DNA of 14,589 nt, taken from the IMG/VR virus record IMGVR_UViG_2609459801_000008; one strand, written 5' to 3'. How positions within the stretch are numbered: the stretch's first letter is position 1; the number at the start of each line of letters is the position of its first letter. Positions 1 through 7,364 of the stretch are shown here, piece by piece. Below the pieces are notes generated by a model. It ran no database searches, was not told where the DNA came from, and saw nothing but the letters and a program-made list of their open reading frames with translations. A program made the translations under genes and the position numbers. Source of the stretch: a virus. Its lineage: Duplodnaviria; Heunggongvirae; Uroviricota; Caudoviricetes.

Positions 1-1
1 T

Positions 2-316
2 GACAGGCTCCGGAAGACGGTTGTTGCGCACGTATTCGGTGAACGCACTATGGCGACGCTGGGGCGTCTTATGAGCCTGCTGTCACCCTTTGACGTGGTG
101 ATATGGATGACGGATGGCTGGCCGCTGTATGAATCCCGCCTGAAGGGAAAGCTGCACGTAATCAGCAAGCGATATACGCAGCGAATTGAGCGGCATAACC
201 TGAATCTGAGGCAGCACCTGGCACGGCTGGGACGGAAGTCGCTGTCGTTCTCAAAATCGGTGGAGCTGCATGACAAAGTCATCGGGCATTATCTGAACAT
301 AAAACACTATCAATAA
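2..316 (+). CDS. insB: IS1 transposase InsB, C-terminal portion (5' end outside window)
   Basis: The frame is open from the window edge. The track ORF 50..316 begins at an internal Met; translation from base 2 continues the InsB sequence. Stop TAA at 314-316. Confidence 0.9.
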   Translation, partial: DRLRKTVVAHVFGERTMATLGRLMSLLSPFDVVIWMTDGWPLYESRLKGKLHVISKRYTQRIERHNLNLRQHLARLGRKSLSFSKSVELHDKVIGHYLNIKHYQ

Positions 317-331
317 GTTGGAGTCATTACC
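309..331 (+). repeat. IS1 right terminal inverted repeat
   Basis: ATCAATAAGTTGGAGTCATTACC is the reverse complement of the IS1 end GGTAATGACTCCAACTTATTGAT. Junction with phage DNA is at 331/332. Confidence 0.85.
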
Positions 332-2225
332 GTTCACTAGCTCTCTGCTGCTCCCGGGTCTGATATTGTTTTGAAAAGGCATCTGCTCTCTGTCTGAGTT
401 CAATTCCTTCCTGTTGTCGCTTGTTGTAATCGTTTATTGATGAATTTAGTACGTCCTTAGCAATTTTTTCTGCTTGAAGTACGCCCAATTGCTGCTTTAA
501 TCGTGCCAGCCTTTTATTTTGAGCTCCGCCATCTCCAATGCCACCTAACCCGAAAACTCCGGGTCGGGTATTTTTTTCTATTTCATCAATTTGACGGAGA
601 ACATCTGAGATTTTTTGATCAAGGGAGGCCTCACGGCCAATATCCAGCATGGAATCCCATGCCCATTTTGCGGAGTCTGCGACAGCTTTCCATGCAGTCT
701 CAAGATAACCAAGATTTTCTTTAATCTGGTTGGTGCGCTGGATCATTGAGGATGAGTATTCTTCTGTCGCAATGCGGGCGGCCTCCTGCTGGTTCCCTTC
801 ATCCTGTAGCGCCTTAATCTGGTTATAAGTCGCAAGTGTCAGAAAATGGTACTGATCATTAAGTTTTGATATGGCACTGACAGGATCCTTTGCAATTTCA
901 TTGAAGTCATTAACCAGTTGTTCGGTTGATATTCCTGTTACTTCGCTCGTTTTTACTATCGCTGTCGTCACTTGCTCCAGCGAACTGCTCGCTACCTTTC
1001 CCGAACGCACAAGCTGATTTAATACTGCCGCCGCAGCACCAGTTGTCGAATCAGCCGCATTCCCGGCACGTTGAGCTATATCGCCCAATTGCCCGCTGGT
1101 TGTCCCCAACTGATTTCCGGTAAGAATAAGAGATTTATTAAATTCGTCCTGCTCCTGAGAGCCTTTATAGTAAGCCAGTCCTAAGACCCCAACGGCTGCT
1201 GCGGCCAGGGTAAAAGGATTAATTAATCCCAGCACATAAGAACCTACACCTTTGATCGCCGGGCCAATCCCACCGAACATATCTTTTAGCTGGCCGCCCT
1301 GCTGCATTAACACCATAAATGGCGACTGACCAGTGGACAACCCAACAACAATATCCGTCATTTGTGCAGGCAACATGCGCATAGCAAAAGCCGTTTGTTT
1401 TGCCGACATTCCGGTTTTGCTTAATTGTGATTGAGTAACCTCAAGCTCACTCCGCATAGCACGAAGTTTTCCAGAAAGCTCCTCATACATTTCAGGAGAA
1501 AGCATCCCCTTAGCTTTTGCTTCATTGAGCTGTTTCTGTTGTTCTACCAGACGATTAAAAGCAGTTCCGACAGGATCAAGTTGAGCAATCAGACGTTGCA
1601 AAGCAACAACCTGTTCATCATGCGCTTTTGCTGCTTCTCGCTCTGCCTGAGCCTCTCCGGTAAGCTCTCGCCGTGTTTCCTGTATTTTTCGGCTATAATT
1701 CTCAAACTGAGAACCATTTATTTTCCCGGATGCAAACGCAGCATTAAGTTCATCATGCTGTTGTTCAAGATTTCTTAGCGCCGCAGCCAGAGGGTCGATC
1801 TTGTCCAGCATTCTTTGAAAGGCCTGAGCCTGCGCTTCCTGCTGGGCGGCAGCAAGTTTTCCGGCCTTCTCGGCTTCTCTCTGCGCTTGCGCAACCCCGC
1901 TCAATTCCTCTGTGGTTTCATTAAGTTTACGGACAAGAAATTCATATTCTTCTTTATCAATAAGCCCTTTATCGAAAAATTTCTTTAATTCAGAATAGCG
2001 TCGACCGACAGTATCAATTGCGGCACCAACTGGATCAATAGCTGCTTTTAATTTTGCGAGCGCGTTCTTCTCATCTTCTGTTGCCTTAGTCACTTTCCCT
2101 GCGCTATTTGCAGCAGTTTCCCCAGCCTGCGTCATTTTGACTAATGAGGAGGTCAGATTGTCAGCATTATTTTTCGCTCCAGTGCTATCAATAATTATTG
2201 CGAGACGCGAGGTTTGCTCTGCCAT
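327..2225 (-). CDS. Phage tail tape measure protein, 3'-truncated by the IS1 insertion (probably non-functional)
   Basis: 632-aa ORF with ATG at 2225 and SD AGGAG 7 nt upstream. N-terminal half has three ~48-aa coiled-coil repeats ([20 protein letters not shown]… / [20 protein letters not shown]… / [20 protein letters not shown]…) and a Gly-rich hydrophobic segment ([36 protein letters not shown]), both typical of lambda-family tape measure proteins. It follows the chaperone pair. The frame runs to the IS1 boundary and stops inside IS1 (327-329). Confidence 0.85.
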
Positions 2226-2240
2226 TTATTAAAACTCCTG

Positions 2241-2270
2241 ACAACAAAAAACCCACCGCGAAGTGGGTTT
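2241..2270 (-). terminator. Candidate intrinsic terminator just upstream of the tape measure start
   Basis: Minus strand reads AAACCCAC-TTCGCG-GTGGGTTTTTTGTTGT: a stem with a 5-bp GC core, 6-nt loop and U-run. It lies between the chaperone stop (2391) and the tape measure RBS. Confidence 0.45.
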
Positions 2271-2390
2271 CAGGCGACATAATAGTAGATATAGCGATTA
2301 CGAGGCCACGCAATGCTTTTCTCCAGGAGCATCATCGATTTAATTAAAGACACCATCACATCTCTGTAACAGAGTGTACGTAATTAACAA

Positions 2391-3160
2391 CTACACACAC
2401 TGCTCCTGAAAATACTGGTCATCCAGTGCAAAGATCACTGCTTCAAATTCATCGCGCTCAATCAATACCGGATGAGTGGCTAAATATTCATTTATCTCTG
2501 TCAGAGATAAAGGCAAAGGCACCCCAGCCATTCCAGCATAACGTCGGGCACGGGATATTACCGAATAGGCGTACAACAACTCCTTAAGCACCGGGTCTAT
2601 TTCTGGTTCCGGTATCGGTGGCAACCTGAGTTTTTCTCGCTTCCATCTTGCCTTTTCCCCCCTTTCTCCCCCGAACTCCGATAACCACCGCTGGGCAGCT
2701 ATGGCTTTTTTATCGTATCCTGCTTCTGCTGCTCTTTACCCTGGGCGATGCTGGCTGCTTCTGCAAGGATCTGCCAGTACAACTCTGGATTCTGCTTAAG
2801 CAGCGCGATCCCTCGTTCTGCCGTATATTCCAGTGCAACCTCAACACCATTAACCAGTTCACCAACCCCTTTCCAGTCTTTCAGCAGATAACGAGCGGCA
2901 TTATCAATGAGTAAATCATCAACAGAATCCACCTCGGAAACCTTTGAAATATCAAACTCCTTCGTTCCGACGTGCAAACTGGCATCCATTTTCTCAATGT
3001 GGCGACGGATTAATGCATTACGGGAGCGATACTGATCGTTATCGCTGCTTGCCACCAACAGTTTTAACCCGTCTACAGGTTTTAAGTCCTTCATTGGCGT
3101 AAACCAGCGTTCTCCACCAATGATAATTTTCTGATTAAGAATAAACATCCATAACCTCAT
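2391..3160 (-). CDS. Tail assembly chaperone fusion (lambda GT-like) made by programmed -1 frameshift at A_AAA_AAG
   Basis: The -1 frame is open from the slippery site through the track's 77-aa ORF (2391..2624, which starts on TTG and is not an independent gene). Hand translation after the slip gives …KKAIAAQRWLSEFGGERGEKARWKREKLRLPPIPEPEIDPVLKELL… with no stop until 2391. Confidence 0.6.
2699..3160 (-). CDS. Tail assembly chaperone (lambda G-like), zero-frame product
   Basis: 153-aa ORF, ATG at 3160 with SD GGGGGA 8 nt upstream. Sits between major tail protein and tape measure genes. Ends …DTIKKP* with the slippery heptamer in its last codons. Confidence 0.7.
   Translation of the reverse strand: MRLWMFILNQKIIIGGERWFTPMKDLKPVDGLKLLVASSDNDQYRSRNALIRRHIEKMDASLHVGTKEFDISKVSEVDSVDDLLIDNAARYLLKDWKGVGELVNGVEVALEYTAERGIALLKQNPELYWQILAEAASIAQGKEQQKQDTIKKP
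2705..2711 (-). other. Programmed -1 ribosomal frameshift slippery heptamer A_AAA_AAG
   Basis: Minus strand reads GAT ACG ATA AAA AAG CCA TAG. A AAA AAG is the same heptamer used by E. coli dnaX, placed 2 codons before the G stop, matching the conserved G/GT arrangement of long-tailed phages. Confidence 0.6.
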
Positions 3161-3208
3161 TCAATGCGTCCCCCTGTAGGGCAGTACCACAGGAGGAATA
3201 ACGGAAAA

Positions 3209-4171
3209 TCAACTAATCGCCTCAGCACTGGCTTTTGCGATCACGGCAGCCGGGGAATTTTTTTTTCTGGTTATCGTAGGTGCTTCATCTGCTGCGGTAA
3301 TGCTCAATTGAACCTGGATAATGTCGCTATTACCCCCATCAGGCCATTCACCTGACACCTGAACCTTCGGGAAACTGAAAGTGTATGCCCCCTCTCCATT
3401 CGAAAGCGTGAAGCTGAACGGAACTGTTTCTCCAGTCAGTGTTTTACTCCAGATTTCCCACGCGGCTTTAGACCATGAAAGCGTCACCGTACCGGACGGT
3501 GTAAAAGTAGTCGGAATATTTGCTCCTGCATAAGGCGAGCCAGTCCCGATACAACGCTGTGTCTGGAGTTTGTTATCGAACTGAATATCAAAACTGTCGA
3601 TACAAAAACCGTTACCTCCGGCAACACCATTCAGGCTTACTGCTGAAACCTCCTTAAACGAATAACGTAGCTTTCCTGCACTATCCACAGGTTCGCCTTT
3701 GATAAAATTCGTATCATCGGCCTTTGATTCCCAGTCCAGTCCGGCAAAGGTTACGGTCGCTGTAATATCGCCGTCGTTAGGGATCTGCATTTTCCATGAG
3801 CCAACCTGCGCTCCTCTGACGACAGAGGCAATTCCGACATCGGACGCATAGGTCGCCAGAGAAAATGTTATTCGCTCATTCCCCATTGTCAGAGAATCGC
3901 CTGACCATTCCGCGCCGAAACAGGATGCAAGAAAATCATCATGTTGACCCCAGCGAAATTTGGTACCAACATCACCGCCGACATCCACAGTGCCAGGCGT
4001 CGCCCCCTGAGCCATCCGGGAGCCACCAATCTCATTATTTTCGCCTTTATTCTGGGTGGGTTTTACTCCCCAGCTTGTGCGTTTTAATAAACTCCAGTCA
4101 CCACTTGCTGGCGTAGTGCCTGCAACCGTCTCCCGGATAAATGCCGAGATAACCTTTGCACCTGAACTCAC
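3209..4171 (-). CDS. Major tail (tube) protein, assigned by position
   Basis: 320-aa ORF directly upstream of the G/GT pair and tape measure gene. GTG start at 4171 with a strong SD (AGGAGG, 5-nt spacer) and an in-frame stop 4 codons upstream. Gly/Ser/Thr-rich, beta-rich composition. No motif-level identification. Confidence 0.6.
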   Translation of the reverse strand: MSSGAKVISAFIRETVAGTTPASGDWSLLKRTSWGVKPTQNKGENNEIGGSRMAQGATPGTVDVGGDVGTKFRWGQHDDFLASCFGAEWSGDSLTMGNERITFSLATYASDVGIASVVRGAQVGSWKMQIPNDGDITATVTFAGLDWESKADDTNFIKGEPVDSAGKLRYSFKEVSAVSLNGVAGGNGFCIDSFDIQFDNKLQTQRCIGTGSPYAGANIPTTFTPSGTVTLSWSKAAWEIWSKTLTGETVPFSFTLSNGEGAYTFSFPKVQVSGEWPDGGNSDIIQVQLSITAADEAPTITRKKNSPAAVIAKASAEAIS

Positions 4172-4197
4172 AGGAGCCTCCTATGTCATTAATTGCG

Positions 4198-4590
4198 CTA
4201 GAGCGCGCGATATGGAATTTGAAGATTAAGCTGGAACCAGCCATTCTTTTCGCCAACGGATATTGAGGAAACAGCCTGGTAACTGAGACGATCGTCATCC
4301 TGAAACTCAAACAGTTCCCGCAATTTATCGGCTGTCTCAGTAATGAGTTTTGAACCAGAACCTGCGGGGACAAATAACTGAATAATGATTATCCCCGTGC
4401 GATAAACAATCGGCCCCGCGCCAATTTCATTAACTCCAGCCTGCCCGGGAATATTACTTAACCGCGCCCAGATTAACTTACCGGAAGGATCGAACGTTGG
4501 CGCGTTCGGATACAATACGTCTTTTCCATCAATAATCGTCTGTGCCGTCATTCTGGAAATAACCGTATTTCTGATTTCAGTAAACGTCAT
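4198..4590 (-). CDS. Tail terminator / tail completion-like protein (positional)
   Basis: 130-aa ORF. Its ATG overlaps the upstream stop (ATGA) and it lies immediately before the major tail gene. Confidence 0.45.
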   Translation of the reverse strand: MTFTEIRNTVISRMTAQTIIDGKDVLYPNAPTFDPSGKLIWARLSNIPGQAGVNEIGAGPIVYRTGIIIIQLFVPAGSGSKLITETADKLRELFEFQDDDRLSYQAVSSISVGEKNGWFQLNLQIPYRAL

Positions 4591-4967
4591 TTGTAAGCCT
4601 GTAAAACACCATGAAAAGCGTTGGCATACACGCCAGTTGGCGCTTGTTGTGAATGACCGTTTTCAAGAGCCTCTGCATAAGGAAGGTTATTCTGGATATA
4701 AATAACTCCGTAATTTGCAGCTTTCGAAATAACCCCGATCCCACGCTGAACAGCAATCGTACCGTTCGGATCCACGTTATCAGATATACCAAAATCGGGA
4801 TGCTGTAACGACACCAGGTTGTTATTTCTGAAACGTCCGGTATCAACCGGAGCAGCAATATCAATAGCAGTAAGAATCTGAATAGCGATGTAGCGAATCT
4901 TCAGCCCTACATCTTCCTCAATCATCCCGGCAAATATTGACGGTTCTATATCCCATGCCTTTGCCAT
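4587..4967 (-). CDS. HK97 gp10-like neck / tail-component protein
   Basis: 126 aa containing …PVDTGRFRNNNL… and …NNLPYAEALENG…, which resemble the conserved motifs of the HK97 gp10 family. Translationally coupled to its neighbours. Confidence 0.55.
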   Translation of the reverse strand: MAKAWDIEPSIFAGMIEEDVGLKIRYIAIQILTAIDIAAPVDTGRFRNNNLVSLQHPDFGISDNVDPNGTIAVQRGIGVISKAANYGVIYIQNNLPYAEALENGHSQQAPTGVYANAFHGVLQAYK

Positions 4968-5351
4968 TTACGCTCTCCTTAACTGGATAGAGTAAACTGA
5001 TGCGGAAGGATCTACACTTGCTGTAATTACCTCGTATCGTTGTAACTGCCTTGATACAGGATCATAAATCTCAATAATATGGTCGACAGCTGGTTTATCC
5101 GTAACCTCGCATACCAGAGCGGTTAATTTAAGGTCACCATGCAAAATATTAATCCCATCAATTCTGCCCAGCTTATAACGTGTCAACACGCCTCGCCCGG
5201 TATAGATTGCGGTGGATTCGCCGCCAGTTTCCGTCACAGGATCCCAGTGCCGGTGCGTAACGTAAGAACCAGAAAAATCACTCACGGCGTCCGCTAAATC
5301 CTCATCAAAAGCAGCGGCAACCTCTGACTGAATCTCTTCACGAAGCCCCAT
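4968..5351 (-). CDS. Head-tail adaptor / joining protein (positional)
   Basis: 127-aa ORF inside the tightly packed connector gene block, with TAATG overlap to the upstream gene. Confidence 0.4.
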   Translation of the reverse strand: MGLREEIQSEVAAAFDEDLADAVSDFSGSYVTHRHWDPVTETGGESTAIYTGRGVLTRYKLGRIDGINILHGDLKLTALVCEVTDKPAVDHIIEIYDPVSRQLQRYEVITASVDPSASVYSIQLRRA

Positions 5352-5746
5352 TATCCCCCCCTCACAACCCTGACTTGTGAGCGACTAAGTCCGTACGGTT
5401 TCAGCAGTGCTATCGCAAGCTGTAAATCGGGTTCAAGCAATGCAGTGCTGTTTGCTGGCAACTCAGAAAATGATTTCGATACACTGACCCCGTCAGCCGA
5501 CACGGCTTTACTGATAACAACGCCAGAATCATTTTTCTGCTGAAACAACTTACCGAATGAGGCAATTCTGGCTGCATATGCTCCCGCAAGTTTTACCTCT
5601 TCCGGAATACGGGATGGGTTAATTTTCAGGTTGAAGCCATTAAGCCAGGCATTAGCCATTAAAACAGCTTTATTTTTAGCGTTCTCACTCGTCCAGGCGT
5701 TCCCAAACGCATTATCAACGTCATCACAGGTCACGTAAGTGATCAT
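5351..5746 (-). CDS. gp6-like head-tail connector protein (tentative)
   Basis: 131-aa ORF, first gene of the connector block. N-terminal pattern (MITYVTCDDVDNAFG…KAVLMANAWL) resembles gp6-type connector proteins. Start overlaps the upstream gene by 23 nt. Confidence 0.4.
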   Translation of the reverse strand: MITYVTCDDVDNAFGNAWTSENAKNKAVLMANAWLNGFNLKINPSRIPEEVKLAGAYAARIASFGKLFQQKNDSGVVISKAVSADGVSVSKSFSELPANSTALLEPDLQLAIALLKPYGLSRSQVRVVRGG

Positions 5747-6443
5747 GTGTTCCGGAATCCAGATACAGCTCGGTCATTCCGCCGCTGTTTTTCTGCGTCT
5801 GTTTCTGCCCTAACTGGACAGCACCGATCGTCATAAACAATTCACCACAGCGACCGAGATTCGTGTACGTATTCACATCCTCGTTAATGCGCCCCATGAA
5901 TGAGAACGGTCGATCAACCGAACAGATAAAGCTGTTCATTGCCTTGCGTTTCACCCACGAAGCATGGCCGCCATTGTCACCAAGAAAATCCCCGCCCTGC
6001 GACATAGCGATGGAAAGAGCAGGTATTGATTCGTAGTACGCCAGCATTTCAGAAAGGATCGCATCCAGTTTCCTTATCGGAAAATAGGCCTGGTCATAGT
6101 TGCGATCCACCCGAAACTGGAACTCGTGATAATCATCATCGAGCTGAATGAAGTATTTACACCCGACCAGTTTTGCCAGGTCGAAACAGGCATTACGGGC
6201 GTAAAAAATTGAGCGGCGGTCACAGAAATTATCGGCTTCGTCAAAACGACTGGCGATATCGGCTTTGGAAAACACCAGCACCTGTTCACCAAATTCAGCC
6301 ATGTACTGATTCCGTGTCTTATCTTCATCATCAACAACGATAAAAATTTTCCCGGTATAGCCAGCACGACGCAACGTCCGGTAAGTCAGAACTTTGTCCG
6401 GTCGCCCGTGAGTCAGAATAAAGGCGCAAAAATCATCACGCAT
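5724..6443 (-). CDS. Hypothetical enzyme-like protein with paired acidic motifs (possible nucleotide-sugar or nucleotidyl transferase fold; function unknown)
   Basis: Track ORF is 5724..6464 (246 aa). I prefer the ATG at 6443 (239 aa, MRDDFCAFILTHGRPDK…) because it has a strong SD (GAGGAGGAGG) and overlaps the ParB-like stop as ATGCGTGA. Alternating hydrophobic strands plus IVVDDED and QLDDDY clusters suggest a Rossmann-like DXD enzyme. Inference only. Confidence 0.5.
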   Translation of the reverse strand: MRDDFCAFILTHGRPDKVLTYRTLRRAGYTGKIFIVVDDEDKTRNQYMAEFGEQVLVFSKADIASRFDEADNFCDRRSIFYARNACFDLAKLVGCKYFIQLDDDYHEFQFRVDRNYDQAYFPIRKLDAILSEMLAYYESIPALSIAMSQGGDFLGDNGGHASWVKRKAMNSFICSVDRPFSFMGRINEDVNTYTNLGRCGELFMTIGAVQLGQKQTQKNSGGMTELYLDSGTHDHLRDL

Positions 6444-7227
6444 ATTCCTCCTCCTCACCACCATGCATGATCTCCACCATGCGCTGCGTCATCCGGACAA
6501 ATCCATTTTCAATAGCCTGCTGATAATCAATGATCACCAGCGCCGACTCCTCGAAAAAACACTGAATTTCAGAGGGGGCGTGAGCGTAATAGTCCGCAAT
6601 TCTGCTGAAATTAAACACCGTGTGACGTTCTGCCGCACACAGGAGGAATTTCTCAATATCAGGCTCAAGGGACGCCGAACGTATCCGGCTGATCAGCTCC
6701 TGAGTTTTCGTATCGTCGTACAGTTCACTGATATCCGGTTTACCGCCCGACGGCTCATAAACAGGCGTATCAATTTTCGTCGTATACGGCTCCTCCTCAT
6801 TTCCTGTACCGGGCAAAACATCCGTCAACAGTTCATCAATTTCTGTCGGGATGAAGCCTGTCAGGGAGACATCAAAATCAGCATTGATTAGGTCCGACAG
6901 GTCCATCCGCAACAGATCTTCATCCCAGCCAGCATTCATCGGCAGGCGATTATCTGCCAGGCGGTACGCCTTTTTCTGCTCATCCGTCAGGCCAGACAGA
7001 ACAATGACCGGAACAGAATCCATTTTGAGCATTTCAGCCGCCATAACACGACCGTGACCCGCAATAATTTCGCCCTTTTCGTCAATCAGCACCGGATTAG
7101 TCCAGCCGAATTGCTTAATACTTTCTACCAGTTGTGCCACCTGCTCAGGGCTGTGCGTCCTGGCGTTGTGCGCATACGGTGACAATTCTTGTAATGGGCG
7201 ATAGACTATCTTTAATTTCTCGCTCAT
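6436..7227 (-). CDS. ynaK: ParB-like nuclease (ParB/Srx N-terminal domain) protein, Rac ynaK-like by synteny
   Basis: 263 aa. N-terminal region has ParB-N features (…VLIDEKGEIIAGHGRVMAA…, a GxxR box), and the C-terminus is an acidic tail (GGEEEEYA). It lies immediately downstream of trkG, as ynaK does in the Rac prophage. ATG at 7227. Confidence 0.7.
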   Translation of the reverse strand: MSEKLKIVYRPLQELSPYAHNARTHSPEQVAQLVESIKQFGWTNPVLIDEKGEIIAGHGRVMAAEMLKMDSVPVIVLSGLTDEQKKAYRLADNRLPMNAGWDEDLLRMDLSDLINADFDVSLTGFIPTEIDELLTDVLPGTGNEEEPYTTKIDTPVYEPSGGKPDISELYDDTKTQELISRIRSASLEPDIEKFLLCAAERHTVFNFSRIADYYAHAPSEIQCFFEESALVIIDYQQAIENGFVRMTQRMVEIMHGGEEEEYA

Positions 7228-7244
7228 ACAGCCTTGCTTTATGA

Positions 7245-7278
7245 ATAAAACGCACCCCAGCAGCCAGTGCTACTGGGG
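7245..7278 (-). terminator. Candidate intrinsic terminator downstream of trkG
   Basis: Inverted repeat CCCCAGCAG-ccagtg-CTACTGGGG (8 of 9 pairs). On the minus strand it is followed by TGCGTTTTATTCAT. Sits between the trkG stop (7365) and the ParB-like start. Confidence 0.45.
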
Positions 7279-7364
7279 ACGGAGGGGTTGCTGGTAAAGT
7301 TAGGTATTGGATCAATGAGTGAGTCAACATAATATTAAACTCACAATTATAAATCAGCCATATA

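Larger units (their letters stand above)
1..331 (+). mobile_element. IS1 insertion sequence, 3' portion (window starts inside the element; right end at 331)
   Basis: Bases 2-316 encode the C-terminal part of IS1 InsB in frame (…[104 protein letters not shown]), followed by the IS1 terminal repeat ATCAATAAGTTGGAGTCATTACC at 309-331. Recognised from memory of IS1. Confidence 0.93.

Noticed and set aside
503-1778. Three plus-strand ORFs (503..724, 926..1123, 1431..1778) inside the tape measure gene
   Set aside because: They are antisense to a well-supported long CDS, have low-complexity translations and no RBS. Treated as chance frames.
2391-2624. 77-aa ORF as an independent gene
   Set aside because: It starts on TTG with no RBS and is in the -1 frame of the upstream chaperone, open all the way from the slippery heptamer. 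Interpreted as the frameshift extension instead.
2648-4864. Track ORFs 2648..2914(+), 3164..3355(+), 3865..4116(+), 4098..4373(-), 4577..4864(-)
   Set aside because: Each is embedded in or antisense to a better-supported tail-module CDS that has a coupled start/stop and an RBS.
327-5746. Tail gene block as a tailocin (phage tail-like bacteriocin) cluster
   Set aside because: The block includes head-tail connector/neck genes (gp6-like, gp10-like) that a tailocin would not need, and the tape measure gene is cut by IS1. A decayed prophage is the simpler reading.
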